From positions 2,092,366-2,156,365 of the forward strand of contig JBNZDD010013610.1 in the NCBI GenBank assembly GCA_050575255.1: a stretch of DNA of 64,000 bases, written 5' to 3'. The position numbers and the translations under genes are program-made. This DNA is from Harriotta raleighana (lineage: Eukaryota). The notes under the pieces were generated by a model. The model had not been told where the DNA came from. It ran no database searches and saw only the letters and a list, made by a program, of their open reading frames with translations. Numbering within the stretch: position 1 is the stretch's first letter; the number at the start of each line of letters is the position of its first letter. This document shows positions 39,205-53,473 of this stretch, piece after piece.

Positions 39205-39405
39205 ATCAATGAATCAATCAAAATTGCACTTGTATAGCGCTTTTCACGTCGGGAGGACGTCCCTAGGAGCTGAACAGTTAGATAGGGACCAGAACAGCGG
39301 GGAGGGGTGGGGGTAGGGGGAAGGAGAGTAAGAAAATCGACTGTATATTTGTGGGCCAAATGCGGCAGCCAAATTGCGCACAACAGTGTCCCACAAACAG
39401 TCGCG
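39205..39405 (-). mobile_element. Chimeric/nested retroposon: L2 3' end joined to SINE body
   Basis: aaaattgcacttgtatagcgcttttcacgtcgggaggacgtccc (L2 end), then gactgtatatttgtgggccaaatgcggcagccaaattgcgcacaacagtgtcccacaaacagtc (SINE body). Confidence 0.75.
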
Positions 39406-40659
39406 AGAGAAAGAGGGAAAGAGAGTAAGGCTTTGTTTTTTATAACAAAGCGTAGAAAAATATCCAACTTCCCGGGTTATCAGGATGTCACTGATATAAC
39501 TTCCTGTGTGTTATGCCATTCATTCGTCTTATACAATTTTCAACCAATTATAAGGTGCAATGTCAGATACCAAATTATTATTACAATAAAAAAGTATGAG
39601 AATTATACTTTTAACAGAAAATGATTTGTTTGCAAAAACATTCCATATGCCTGCTTAATGATATTAAATAGCCAGATGCAAATACATTTTGTTATTCCAC
39701 CAAGTGGATTTTTTCAGCCATAATTGTAATTAGTTTTTCTTACCTCCCCATCCCCTTTACACAAATGACATTGGAAATTCTGAATAGTTCAGAATTATCT
39801 CCATAAGTTATTGATAGTTATGAAATGCAGTGTAAGTAGGATGGCAGAAATGGATAAAGCCTTTTTAAGACATTTGTGATTGAAGATTGATTGCGTTGCA
39901 TTTGGTTATTTCTTTACCATTTGGAAATCATTCACTCATATGTGACAAGAATTGCTACTTTTAAAAATGAAGTATTAGTCCACACAGCAAAAGTTATTAA
40001 TGTAATAAGATGTTGACTGGCAGTACTGACAAATTGGAAGCATTACATTTAAAGGAGTAGTTCCATTCCTTGTAACAAGATTTACAGTGTGTGTTATTGT
40101 GTATTCAAAGTCTTGCAAATGATGCTGATGGCTTTACTTTAAGCACCATTAATTGATTGCTTTCAGCTGAGACTCGCATGGAGGACTATGTGTTATTGTC
40201 CTAAATGGTTTTCTACACAGTCTTAGCGTTGTCATTTATTTATTTATTGTTTAATTTTTAAGCAGTCATGGTTTAAATATAGTTTTAGTGCTTTATCAAC
40301 TTTTAGTGCTCAAGGAACTGTAAATTGGCAGCATTTGGTTTGGTGAAATAAGAGCAGATTTGTTTTACAGCTTTTGTCTTTGTGGCCATGTATTGTATTT
40401 GACGATCCAGTATCCTTTTGACTTATCTGATTAGATTTCATAGAATGAGAAAGTTCACTGGCCTCATGATGAAAGTAAACAATTCAACAGCATATTGAAA
40501 AGGAAAATCTGTGTGCATCAAAGTGGGAATATTGGAGCAACCAAGTGCCTTCTAACTGGAGTTAACATGCTGATAGCTTGTCACACAGATAACAAGCTAT
40601 CAGAATGGAAAGCATATACAGTATAATGAAAATAAGAAAGGAGACAAATAATGAGGTCA

Positions 40660-40785
40660 AACTTCCTTCTCTGTTTGAATAGTGTTAAGGGATCAATAAT
40701 GTCCATCTTAAAAAATAGATAGGACCTTAGCTTGGCAATCCATCTGAAATATAGCATCTTCAACAATACAGCACCTCCCCCATTG
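40660..40785 (-). mobile_element. Diverged Deu-domain fragment
   Basis: tttgaatagtgttaagggatc...catctgaaatatagcatcttcaacaatacagcacctccc, similar to 35555-35665. Confidence 0.55.
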
Positions 40786-41252
40786 GCTAACATAAAAGAG
40801 TTGATGTCTTGTGCATCTGTATTTACGATTGGAATACAAACACAAAACTCCATTTATTCAGCCCCTTTCATTTTGGGAGGACATCCCAAGGGTTTTAACA
40901 ATAATGGCCAGAGACCTGAACTGGAGCCAAAGGAGATTGGGGAAGGGAAAGATGACCGAAAGCATGATCAAAGAGGTGTAGGTCTTGAGATGGAAGGCTG
41001 GCATCGAGTTCCTGCAAAACGTGTAGTAGAATTTTAGAAATCAACTATTGGAATCGACTGTTTTCTACAGGATGCTTCTTTTCTTTCTTCCTAATTACAA
41101 TTGGATCACAACCAAAATGTTAGAATTCTACCCCATACATACACCACAAATGCCTGAATTTACTGAATATGTACATTAAAAACACCGCAGCACAAATCAT
41201 ATTCCTGAGGTGCTAATCCTTACTCATCTGATCCACTTGAGTGATCAGGTGT

Positions 41253-41348
41253 GTGTGGTAAGGAACCTTTATCAGGTTTTGCTCTGCCTGGAATCGAACT
41301 CGGGTCTCTCACTTGTGAGGTGAGTATTCTAACCACTGAGCTCCAGGA
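41253..41348 (-). mobile_element. Isolated tRNA-derived SINE head
   Basis: cctggaatcgaactcgggtctctcacttgtgaggtgagtattctaaccactgagctccagga (reverse-complement B and A boxes). Confidence 0.8.
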
Positions 41349-42061
41349 CAATCATCTATAAAATAGCTGCATTAATGTTACTATAAGGCAGGGGTTGGGG
41401 TATCTCAGTGCACTGGACACTTCGCCACAGAAAATCTGAATGAAACCCGTCCACATTCAAAGCGAGCCAGCCAGCCTCATGCCACCAAGGCGAAACATCC
41501 GCCCACTAAGTTCGGTCACTTCAATGGTGTGACAAGGCACTATATCAACTGCAAGTTTTAGTATTATTATTCATCTGCTCATAGATTGCAGACATTTAAT
41601 GGATAACACTTATGAACTTATTTATATATACATTGACCTTTGTTTAACATTATCAAACACTGCTGATAACTGGTAACCTTGGGATAAATTGTTTAAACGT
41701 GTGAACACTTAAATACTTCTCTTTTGCCTTGTAGTATCTGGAAAATAATTTAGTAAATTATGTTTAAAAGTGTGAAATAAGTACTTAAAATATCAAACCT
41801 GGCAAAAAAAAACTTGCATTCATCAAAAGGCATGTTGACAAATATAATTCGTAAAGACTACTCCAGAATTTATGCTGATGAATTGGTGTTCCCAGGAAAA
41901 TATGATGGGCAGTGATCCCATGTTCATTTTTGCATTACTTGGCTCTGTTTTATGTATTTCTTCTCTTTCAAATCTTTGATCTAACAAACAACTACTGTAA
42001 CAAGTTTAAGGATGTAGTGAAGGTGGTTTAAACCTCAGAGGAAATATCTGTTCTTGATATA

Positions 42062-42297
42062 TAAATAAATAATCCTTACATTTATATAGCACTTTCCACA
42101 TCTCATCAACGTCTCAAAGTGCTTAAATATACCATTTCTATAAACTTTGGGAATTTGCTACTCGATGAAGTTTAATAGATATAAATGCTATAATATAATA
42201 ATCCTTGCATTTGATATAGCGCTTTTCACATCTTATCGACGTCTCAAAGCACTACACAGCATAAGCTGTAAAGTGAATTGACTGTATATTTATGGGC
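42062..42297 (-). mobile_element. Two tandem SINE tail fragments (about 42062-42125 and 42190-42297)
   Basis: aataatcctt[a/g]cattt..tatagc.ctttt.cacatct..tc.acgtctcaaag occurs twice. Confidence 0.8.
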
Positions 42298-43197
42298 TAT
42301 ACCATAGACATACATTTAGTAATTTAATTGTTAAGTGTTAACTGTGACTGTCAAGTGCATTGATCATTAGCTGCATGCGATGCATTAGGAGCAAATATAT
42401 TTTATCCCACACTTCTACACCCATTTGGTGGACATGAATGAAGCAAACAAATAACTTAAACAAAATAAATCGTATTGTGCCACTTAGATTTGTGACTACG
42501 CAACTCTAAATTAATGTATGCATGGTCTACTTTCAGGTCTATGCATCAGATTTTAATTTCTTGTCACGTAGAGGCAATAAATATGAATAATGTAGAATTA
42601 CGCAGTGCTCATACAAGATATATGTTAAAATCTTGTAAATTTTCAATGTGCTGCATGCAGGCCTGGATGTTGAATAGGTCATAGGTTACAAGCTGAATTA
42701 AATTGTCACGAAATGCCAATCATCCAAATTTTACAGAGATGGTAACCAGTGCTGACACAGCTTAACTGATGCTTTGTGAAAGATTAATCTTCAGCTAAAT
42801 TATAATTTTATTTCTTTTGACATCTTAACTAATTCGCTTTTTTTTAAAAAAGTGACGACTAAAATTTATTATTGTGTATGAATTGAGAAAGGGCATGGAG
42901 TCCTCATTTTCTTCACAGGTTTTCTGACCATCTTCAGTCAATAACCATATTCAAGCCTGTGCTTCTATCCTCAGGTGCTGTTGCTCGCAGTACATATATA
43001 TGTGCCTCATTATATGCATCATCAATGCAATTTCAAGGTATTTTTTTGTCTGCTGCTCTTACTGTGCATGCAGCAGGCAAAAGTGAACTCCAAAGTTCAT
43101 ATCATCTACAAAAGTATTTATGGTCAAAAGTGGAAATGGTTTAAATTTTTAGTTATTTTTTCTTTGTTGCGGGTTATAAAAGTTCCAGGGATTTAGA

Positions 43198-43357
43198 TGT
43201 CAGCTGGGCTCAGTCCGTAGCACTGCCACCTCTAGGTCATAAGGGGATGGCTTCAAGCTCCACGTCAGGGCTTTGAAATCATAATAGGCTGACAGTCCTT
43301 AGGAGTGCTGGGGGATAGCTGCACAGTTCAGAGAGCTGTGTTTCGGGTGAGACGTTT
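43198..43357 (+). mobile_element. Deu-domain SINE, 5' part
   Basis: tgtcagctgggctcagtccgtagcactgccacctctaggtcataagg...taggctgacag...tttcgggtgagacgtt. Confidence 0.7.
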
Positions 43358-43492
43358 CCTTGATTCTAATTTTCATATGGTGGAATGGATTTGTCTTTGG
43401 TGCTCCCAAAAAGTTCTTTATCAGAAATGATTTTGAGTTAAATGATTTCTCCATTTAAAAGTAAACAGATGACTGGTCTGTTTTGCCACTAG

Positions 43493-43619
43493 GATATTGT
43501 ACAAGTCAATGGTGAGATTTCTGAATATGTTCAGCAAATCGGCAAATACCAGGGGATGGTGCACAAGATGAACGCTGAATTATGTACCATTACAGAACAA
43601 AAGAATAATAGCATTAAAG
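43493..43619 (+). CDS. PMFBP1: Exon 13 (127 nt, 0-1): DIVQVNGEISEYVQQIGKYQGMVHKMNAELCTITEQKNNSIK
   Basis: ttttgccactag| acceptor, AAAG|gtaata donor; split codon G+AT = Asp with next exon. Confidence 0.88.
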
Positions 43620-44693
43620 GTAATATAATTTTTTTTGGATTATAAATGAGCTACTGTAGAATCTTGCAAACGTCTAATTTGGAAGAAAATAATCTCATGT
43701 TATTTGCCTTTTAGAAGGTTTTTATTCAAAAATCTTAATTTTAAATTAGATACATGATCACACCATTCTTGCTATATATATGAACTATTTGGGATTGCTG
43801 TACAATGTAAACATTCCTTTGGAAAGAAAGGCCATCTTCAAACTGATTCTGATCATGTTTAAAAAAAAACCTTTGGCCCTCAATTTAGCTTGAAGAGTCT
43901 TCTTGTAAATTGTTCTGGTAGTTGGTGAAACATATTTGCATAGCTGGAGACATCCTAATCCTACAGAAGAAATATGGATGTCTTGTTAAGATTTTCATTT
44001 GCTTTAAGAAAGGGGAGGGTCTTTTCTTCCTTTGTGAGATTAAGAGAAAGGTTAAGTTTCATGTTACTTCCCCTACAGCCAAGTAACATTTGTATACCCG
44101 GTGTCATCAGCAGATGTATTATTGTTGAAAAGCATCTTGCATTACTGAATTCCCGAAGCCACACATGAAGACAAATACAAAGGCTAAGATCATAATTTAT
44201 GTCTTCAAATAGATAAGACCCTTCATTAGAGAACAATGATTGCTTGTAATTAGGAGAGGGATCATTAAATTCTGGTGACCCTATTTGCAAAGAGCGAGGC
44301 ATTAATGTGTGGTACAAATCAGCATTCCTAGAATGAACTGTGGCCACAGCCACAGCTTGACAGTTATGTTATCTTTGTACTAATGGTCACAATGTCTTTT
44401 GCTGGAATGCAGGAGCTCAAACTGATTAAAGGTCTCAGCTGCTTCTCATGGTATAATCAGTGCTCTATCCATTATTCCAACATAAAATATGCTAGAATAT
44501 TCATTACAACCATAGTAATCAACCTTTTTCTATTAAAATACTTGACTATTTATAGTCATTTGTGAAAGCAGCATGGAAATCAGGAACATGGAACAAAATA
44601 GGTAGCTCAGAATAAACTCAATAAATCATTATTAATTTTCAACAAATTTACCAATGACACACAGTAATATTTGAACTTAAATTGTATTTAAAG

Positions 44694-44851
44694 ATGTGGC
44701 AAGGTTGGAGAAGGTTGTCCAAAACCTGCAGCTTGAAGTAGCCTCTGAGTTGCAAAAACACAAAATAGAGTCAGCTGAAACGGAACAGCACATTAAGCGA
44801 TTGGAAAATGACCTCCGCAACTGTCGCAAGTCTTGTATGCAGCAAGAAGAG
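44694..44851 (+). CDS. PMFBP1: Exon 14 (158 nt, 1-0): (D)VARLEKVVQNLQLEVASE...CMQQEE
   Basis: ttgtatttaaag| acceptor (AAG type), GAG|gtgagc donor; phase matches exon 13. Confidence 0.88.
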
Positions 44852-44941
44852 GTGAGCAGTTAAAGGATAGGTTCACAAAGGTTCATATTTCTGATGGTAT
44901 CATCTTAATGTATATTCCTAAATAACATGTAACTTATCTTG

Positions 44942-45050
44942 TAATAATAATAATACTCACATTTGATTAAGCGCTTTCTCACATCGTCAAGGCGTCTTGA
45001 AGCACTTCACACAATATATTTTAAAGTAGTTACAGCGTATTTTATGGACA
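44942..45050 (-). mobile_element. Diverged SINE tail fragment
   Basis: taataataataatactcacatttgattaagcgctttctcacatc...gcacttcacacaatatattttaaagt. Confidence 0.7.
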
Positions 45051-46382
45051 AAATTTGACAGCTAGTGTTAAAAAAAAGGATTTCATGTTGAAACTTCAAT
45101 TTGTCTATTTATTGCCATGTGTAAAGTTCCAGTCAGAAGAAGAAAGACTTCACCCCAAAGGCAACATTTTCTCCCCATGCATTACGAATGAGGGGGAAAT
45201 TATGCTTGTGGCACTGAGTGTTTTGATTAGGCCAATTCCTGGTGTACCAAGCTCATATATAAATGTATCCAGGATTCTATCTGCCTTATCAATGTGTATT
45301 TCCCAAGAACATGCCCTCTCCTGAGAATTGTTCTCATCCAACTTCTGCTCGCGAACAAATTGATTGCCTGTCTAATGATGTGGAAAAAGTCGTTAGCAAT
45401 TTAGCGTAAACAATGGTCAAAACTGATACTAGCTAGAGGCAAATTTGTGGCTAATTCCCGGCATGAAATTTTCCTATTTAGAATGATTGGAAATGAGCAG
45501 CAATGCAATGGAACACATAATTAACACTTACACTTCTTAAATTTTATATATATATATATTTTAAAAACACACTAAAACAATTGAATTTTGTTCTAATTAG
45601 ATAAGATACAATAAGTGTCTTAAAAATATTTTGTATCAGAGCAGACTCAACGTTATTGTAAACAAAGTTTGTCCTGGGGAAGGTTTGCAGGCAACTGGGA
45701 TTTAAATGCTGTACGTCAGAGTTAGTCACAAGTGGGCTTAAACTTTATTTCAATACTTTTGCTGCTTAAATATTTCATGACCCAAAACAACATTAATAAT
45801 TTGTCGTGGAAACAAATTTAGTATTTAAAGTAAAAACTTTACAAGGTTTCTTTTTCAGGAATGAAAAACTCCACTTTAAAGGAGCAGAACCTAAGAACAC
45901 GATTAAATGAAATATACTGTCCTTCTGTTTCAGCAAATTCAGTTTCTTGATCAAGCTGGTTTTGTAGTGTAAATTATAGCCTAGTGTAGATAAATATTAT
46001 TCTAAAAAAGGACTCACTCTCTTTTTGAAGCAAGCAATGATTTATTCCAAAATATTAATTGAAACCCTGCCAATAAAGTTTGTAAAATTGCTGCTTCTAG
46101 CCATCATTGATCCATATTTCATGGCCATAAGTTACATTTGAAGCTAAGAATCTTTATCATAGGCCTATAGCTTTATTCCTAATAATTCAGCTCTTCTGGG
46201 ATGAATGTGGCGTTTGAAGCTATATATTCATTTTGATCTTTCTGTTTTAAGCCTCTAATGTGGCCTCTGATGGGCATTATCAACTTCTGATCTGAGTGAT
46301 TAAGTATAGGTTTTGGGCCCCTTAAATAATGCCCTTAGAAGTGAATTTGCACTCTACTTACTCTCCTTGGTTTCCTCCAAAG

Positions 46383-46629
46383 GCAATACAGAAGAGAGAT
46401 GACCTCTTGAGGAAGTCCGAGGCAGACCTGCTCCAGGCCCGTGATAGAATCAAAGGCAAGGCAGCAGGAATCGAGAAGCAGAGCACTATGGTAAAATGCC
46501 TGGAGATGGAGCTTCAGAGACATAAGAAGGAAAAGCAACAAAAAGAGAATGAAAATACTTCCCTCAAGGCTGAGATACAGCAGCTGAAACAGGAGCTGCA
46601 AGAGGCCAACAAGCAGTACAGACAATCGG
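46383..46629 (+). CDS. PMFBP1: Exon 15 (247 nt, 0-1): AIQKRDDLLRKSEADLLQAR...KQYRQS
   Basis: tttcctccaaag| acceptor, TCGG|gtaagg donor. Confidence 0.92.
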
Positions 46630-49600
46630 GTAAGGCTTGCAGGAAATTACTCGTACCACCCTTGTAAAATATATATATAATATATGTATATACACTGGTC
46701 AAGACTTAAAATAGAAAATATCCTAGTTCATTAATATGAAAAAAATCTGTGGTTAAAAATATATTACTGTATAAAATGGTTTTCAAATAATCTTGAAAAG
46801 GTTGTTCAATTTTGTTTTGCGTTCATTGAATTACCTTATAATATTACAAAAGCAATATTGATAACGCGTCGTTATACAATGCCCGTTATACAAGTGATCT
46901 GATGGATTTGCTGGCATCACAAATACTTATCATTTCCCGATTGTAAGATGTAACCTGCCTTGGGAGTTCCTGCCAATTGGGCTATTGTATTGATTTTCTC
47001 TGTAGAGGTTCACAAACTGAAGAATACTGCAGCAAAGATACTCGGAAGCAGCCTAGGAGTAACATCAGTCTTTAGTTTCTGTGGGCACACTTTCACCTCG
47101 TACAACTTCTCTATTGAAAATGAAAGAATCTGTAACACAAAATGGATGTGTTGATATACAATTCAATCGTTCACCAAAATTCTTTTCTTACATACTTTTG
47201 CAGGGTATTTTTTTCTATATTCAACACTCAAAGTTACATTGGGGGATAATAGTGCAACAGTCAGTGGCAGGATACTAACATTATGAGGCACTGGTCAATA
47301 AAGTAAGATGCAGTACTCATAGCAAGAGTGTTGGTAGCTATGCCTCAAGCCTCTATGTCTCTTTAAGAACCTCTTTACTTCCTCTCCCTTTAAAACGTGC
47401 TATCGAAGTACAGGTTACTTTAACTTATGGCCTGAAGTGTCATTTGTGTGAAACACTTTGGGGTGTTATATATGCTAATATGACCATAAGTAATTAATTT
47501 CCATTCAGGTAACTGATCACTATTTTCACAGGTCAGCCACTGAATTTTGGAACTCCCTGGGAGTCTCAGAAAGTCCCAACTATGAGTTCTTTATGGAAGC
47601 ACAGGCTTTGTCTGTGACTAGTCCGCCACATTACCATGAAGTAAAAACAGTTTCTCAGGGTATGGATACTCTATTGGATGTGGTCTAAATTGGCAATTAA
47701 TAACTGATCTACTGTGATAATTAATATGAGCTACTCCCAAGAATCCACAAATGGTGAAACTCCTGCAACTATTTGATGTGGTGTTGATTAAATCGAGGGA
47801 AAAGTAATCTATAGATTGACTTTGAAGTCCTGGGAAAATACAAGCATTTCTGTTTCATACGGGATGATGCGAAATCTGATGCAGAGAAAAACTTCAAAGT
47901 ATCTTTCAGCATAAATCTGCCCACTCTAGTTTGTATTTTGTCCACCCTACATTTGTCGAGGAACACCAAGTCGAATCTTGCAGGAATGCTTCCAGCTAAA
48001 TGTTATTTGTGATTTCTTTAATCTGTTTGAGATATTTCCTTTCTTCAATACAATATGTGATATGTTTGGCAAGAGGCACAGTAAGAAGACTGCAACTATC
48101 AACCTCAGTTCATTTCTGCAGAAAAGTAATATTCGTGAAGGTTTTGTACTAATGAGATTCCATCATAACCCAGACCTCAGTTTATCATAAATAATCAGTT
48201 TGCTATAAAACACATAATTTAAGCAAACATTGATAATCCTTAATAATCAGGATATTTCTCCTTGATAATCAGAAATATATATTCCCGTTTGAACTGTTTT
48301 GATGTTAACTACCACCATATTTAGTCTGTATGGAATTCATTATAGAAGTGTATTTGTTGTATATGTTCTATTTTGTGTTTATCTTAACTGCAAAGAAAAT
48401 TTAGTTTTTCTCGAATCAATCAAAACTATTTTAAGCATCTTTTCAAAGTCATGCTTAAAAAATAACTCGCTGGGCAAAAGTTAGTGAGGTGTGAAACTCA
48501 AAATTAAACATGTCGAGATATGTTTTGGTATGAGACTAAGGTTGTGAGTGATAAAATGTTTCAGTTAATTACCCTTTATATATTCCTCAGTAGATACCTT
48601 TTCATTTTGGAATTTTGATAAATTAACCCCAAGAAATGACTTGTTAATGCATTCCCTGTGTTTCACCCTTTAGGTGATTTTGCATCTTTTTTTCCCCTTT
48701 TACAGTTTAACCATAACAGTGCAATGGTTGTAAATAAGAGTGTACATTATAACAGAATACTATTTTGTACCCTATTCTCTATGGTAGTGATAGCAAAGGC
48801 AACAGAGGGTTAAGAATTGTATTCCATCTTTTGTAAGACCATAATCTAGGGTTGAAGTTACAATCTCCAAAACTCCCATTTTGTGTGTTGAGCACATTGT
48901 GGTTACCCTAGTAACACTACAGTAAAAATATTTATGCCGTATTTTGACTGCTGCAGATCTAATCTCACAGAACGTCAAAGTATAATTTATTTTTCATTTC
49001 TGTTCCATGTTACCTCATTTTATTATGCTATCTTGTGCCAATTATCCTCCTATCCAAGGAATGAGGAGTAATTTGCTCCCAGATTAGTAACTAATGATGC
49101 ATAGTAACGAAGAGGCATTGCAGAAATGGGACCCAAAGTGACTCATTTGACAGTTTTTGCTCCCTTCCTTTCCTCCCTCCTTGGGGAAAAGGTTCTACTC
49201 TGTGCTTCTCTTGCCATGTTAGCCTAGTCAAAGAGTATTACATATGCAGATTACTGGATGTGAAACTCTGACCTCGTCACTCTTCAGGTGCAAATCGTTG
49301 GTTTTAAATCTGCGAGGCCACTCGACCTTTTTGCCCCGAGCTTTAGTAATTATTGATGGTGCATGTATGTAAATTTCACATGCAGGTGACCTATTAGAAG
49401 TAGTTTTCCTGCGGTTGCAGAACCACACAAATCAGATGATGACTTATTTACCTGATTGTGAAGACTTCGCATTGTTATCCTTCATCTTTCCCTTGTCAAC
49501 ACATGTCATGTTTTGTGTCGTTTGCGTCTTAAAAGGTGTCAGATTGGTATCATTCTTGAACCTTGAAATTGTTTGCAAAAAATGTTTATGATGCAAGCTA

Positions 49601-52430
49601 CCATAGATGAAAGCATGCATTCAGCCATAAAGCAGACACCTTCTTCTTACTTGTTATTAATAGAATTTAAGTTATAATAACTTTAAAGAACAGATCTTTA
49701 TCTAGTTGATTATTCTAAAACTATGTTAAAAATGATAAAGTGTAGTGACTGGATTTATAGGTGAAATGGCAACAGTTTGTGGACAGCAGTGTTTTGCTTA
49801 TGGCCATGAAGTGAATGATCCATGTTTTTCTAGAGGATTGTTGGACAGGACAGTGGGTGAAATTCACCTCTGTTTTCAAGTACTGTAATGCCATAAGGTC
49901 TTTAACATCCGAAGGAACAGGCAGACAAGAACTTTGGTGTTCACTCTGCCATAGAATCTCATAATTTGATTGGTAATTTGCACAAATTGATTTCTTTTAT
50001 ATAAAAAAACTGATAGATTAATGAGAATAGATAATCTTGAGAGGAAAGTACTGTATATTGAATCTGATGTATTACAATATAAATTCATAACCATATTCTT
50101 ATTTGAAATTGCAAAACAACAAATTGCTTGCCTGAATGATATGGCTTCTTAGTTGATTATTGAAACAGATAATCTAGCCTAGGAGTAAATTTTGCAAGAG
50201 AGTAGCATACCATTTGTTTTCGATGCATTAGAGTAAATAAACTAAAATGTGATTGCAGTGAATGGTGCATTTAGAAAATGCTTTTGCCTCACAAAAGAAT
50301 AAGATTGTTCTTAACATAATCTTTTTGTTAAACTGGAAACCAGGCTAATTATGTTTTTATTAATCATTGTAGGTGCCATGATGCAATAATTGTCCCCCAA
50401 ATTTTTATATTAATGCAAAATAGCTCACTTAATAAATGTACATTTATTTGTCAGAAATGATCTGAAAATCTAATGAACTATATGAAACTCATAATAAATA
50501 ATATGCTTTTTGTTTTCACCTTGTTTGTTTATTTCAGCAACTTTAAACAGATGATAATGACCATTCCGTGGTTAAACAAAGTAATAAAATAAGACTGTAC
50601 AGTTTCCAAAGAGATTTCTGTTAATCTTCTGTGGAAACTGTAAATTTCAATGCAATCGTATACTTTAACAAATAATATTAGCAGCTCAGATTGCTTGAGA
50701 TGAAAGATTAAAATACATCCTGGGCATCTGTTCTCCCTTAGCTTATTTGTTTAGTATATGCTTATGTCTAAATAAGTGAAGCTATTCGAATATGCATGCT
50801 CACTAGCAGTGCTTCACTTACTGCCTTGAATGTACACAAAATATATTCCTTTGCCCCTATTGCCACTTTTCACGAAAGGTTCTCCCTTTTGTATCTTTGA
50901 CCTGTCTTTGTCAAGCAACTAAAAAACAAAATAGTTGCGTTTACCAATTGTTGAATTGTTGTAATCGTTCTCAATATTAATGTCTTCACATCTCAAAGCT
51001 TTGGTGATTTCGACCTGCAGTGCTTTTGTGTTCTTGTTACCAAACTACATTTATCAGTTATACATTACAGAGATACGGCAGCTTTTAACCTTTTGCCTAC
51101 AATCAGAAATGTCCTTTGCTGTATTGCAAATCTAGCATTGCCTCAGGCAATGAATTGATGGACCTTTTTATTTCTTACTATCTCGCCCTACTAACAAGGG
51201 ATGGGATTTTGAAGCTTATTAAAGCTACCCATGGGGAGAGCTCAATCCTTAACAGACCTTCGAGAATTTAAAAAAAAAAAAGCTTTAGCGGTTTTGATTC
51301 CTGTTTTAATTTCATTTTCTTTGTTTCTCATGTTCAATTTATTTGNCATGGGGAGAGCTCAATCCTTAACAGACCTTCGAGAATTTAAAAAAAAAAGCTT
51401 TAGCGGTTTTGATTCCTGTTTTAATTTCATTTTCTTTGTTTCTCATGTTCAATTTATTTGGTTTACTTTAACCACACAAGTAACCACACATGATCAATGT
51501 TAATACACATATGAGGACTGTTTTGATTCCTTCAAAAGCAGACAATATTGCTCAAAAATCAATATCTTACAAGAGAAGTGCTTCACCCTCTCTCCGTATA
51601 TCTCAGTCCTACTGGATGTTTTGCCCTCCTAACGATTTTTCCCTGTGGGCCACATCTTTCTCCCCCCGCCCCCCCCTCACCCCCACCAGCTATACAAAGG
51701 CACTATTTTATTATTACGCCCCCAGGAGGAGGAGTGGAAATGGAGTAAACGGGGAATTTTTCTGCTTCTACGTACCTTTCGATTAAATTTTTTGATCCAT
51801 CAACGGAGATTTATGAACCGGGCAAGTTCAGTAACTGTCTGCTGTAACGCCTCCTTCGGGAGCTGAGGTGGTTGGAGGAGAACCTCATTACTGAAGTGAA
51901 ACAGCAGTAGCTGACACCCCCTGTTGGTGGTTTAAACTGATCACATAGCATGTGCGTTATATATCTGTTCCTAATCAATTTCCAGATCACATTTCCATCA
52001 CTTTGGAAATGAATCCTGCACAAACCCTATTGCCTGCAATGGACAAACATAGGAAACACCACCACAAAATATTTTGTCTTTTCTCTTAGAAATGCAATGT
52101 TTGATTTATTCGTTTGAGCAAAAGCAAATTTCAAATCTCATCTCGAATTATAGCTTCAGTTTAAGTCAGGTTGATAATCATGGTAATTCCTTTACTTTTT
52201 GCTACCACAATTTTGTTTTATTAAATTGACGATCATTCTAAATCTATATCAGCAAATTCAGCTTAATTAATTAGGACAAAATTATGTAAAATAGAAAATG
52301 TTATTCTTTAAAACAGCAATATTTAAAAGTTTTATTATTTAAAACTTTATATAAAATATGGATAATTGATGGCTCCTTAACCAAGTTCCTTGGAATACAA
52401 TAGTCCAGACAGTTATTGTGCGACTGGCTG

Positions 52431-52462
<32 letters not shown>

Positions 52463-52782
52463 CCTTGCATTTGATATAGCGCTTTTCACATCTTATCAAC
52501 GTCCCAAAGCGCTTCACAGAATATACTGTAAAGTGAATTGACTGTATATTTGTGGGCGGAACGCGGCAGCCAATTGCGCACAGCAGTGTCCCACAAACAG
52601 TCATAGATTGAAATGACCAATTTTTTTATTATTGTGTTTTTTTTTGGAGGGATTATTATTAGGCATGTGGAGTAAGGAAACTTGCCCAAGGTTTCGCCCT
52701 GATCTGCCTGGATTCGAACACAGGTCTCATGCTTGTAAGGCATGTAAGGCGAGTGCTCTAACCACTGAGCCACAGGAGCTCC
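52431..52782 (-). mobile_element. Full-length tRNA-derived SINE with long perfect (TTA)n tail (youngest-looking copy)
   Basis: Minus strand: A box TGGCTCAGTGG, B box GTTCGAATCC, body, L2-like end and about 10 TTA units. Confidence 0.92.
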
Positions 52783-53473
52783 AACTTCACAGTACTCATT
52801 TGTGATTTTCATAGAGTTGAATTAACTGGAATATTTAAGCAAGGTCTGGTTTGCTTATCACATACAGTATATAGTATGTAATACATTGGCAACAGGAATT
52901 CTATTAAGATGGTAACTAGTGTACAAATTTGTCGCAGTTTAGAAGGGAGATATTCAAACTATTTGTACTTATTAATAACTTTACTATAAATTATTTAATA
53001 AAGCTATTACATGCTATGCTAGTGATAACATTTTAATAATAAGAATAGTCATTCAGCACTAATTTATATATTACACATTATATATTATATACAGGTTATA
53101 TATTCACAAGTTAACCAATGTTATTCAAACAGGGAAGTATTTATAAAAGATGTTGTCACAAATTATGTTTTCTTGTGCCAATGTCCAGTTATAATGGATG
53201 TGTACATAAGAACAAAATTAGTGTATCAAGTATTTTTAAGAGACTGCCTGTTTCTCTTGATTACATTTGTGACCCTCTATGAAAACATAGTAGGCAAAAT
53301 CTACGGTTCCCAAAAGAACAGTATTAAATTGACAAATTATAATGACATTTTGCTGCTTTTAAATATTTATGGGGCGAACTTCTTGGAAAACAGAAAGAGT
53401 TTCACAAAATTATCGAATAAAGTAGATAATGTGGGAAGACTGGAGCCTTGGGATAAATATTGGTCAAGTTATA

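Noticed and set aside
49426-49460. Hairpin enclosing ATGATGA and CTGA (C/D-box-like)
   Set aside because: Only 9 nt between the boxes, too short for a snoRNA; no guide region.
51230-51460. Roughly 115-bp direct repeat and ORF 51231..51503 with repeated MGRAQSLTDLREFKKK
   Set aside because: The copies abut at a single N (51346) and differ only in poly-A length: an unmerged contig overlap, not biology.
52690-52782. tRNA-like sequences here and at about 41253, 54680, 57122 and 60060
   Set aside because: They are SINE heads, mostly attached to SINE bodies, with no intact acceptor stem; not tRNA genes.
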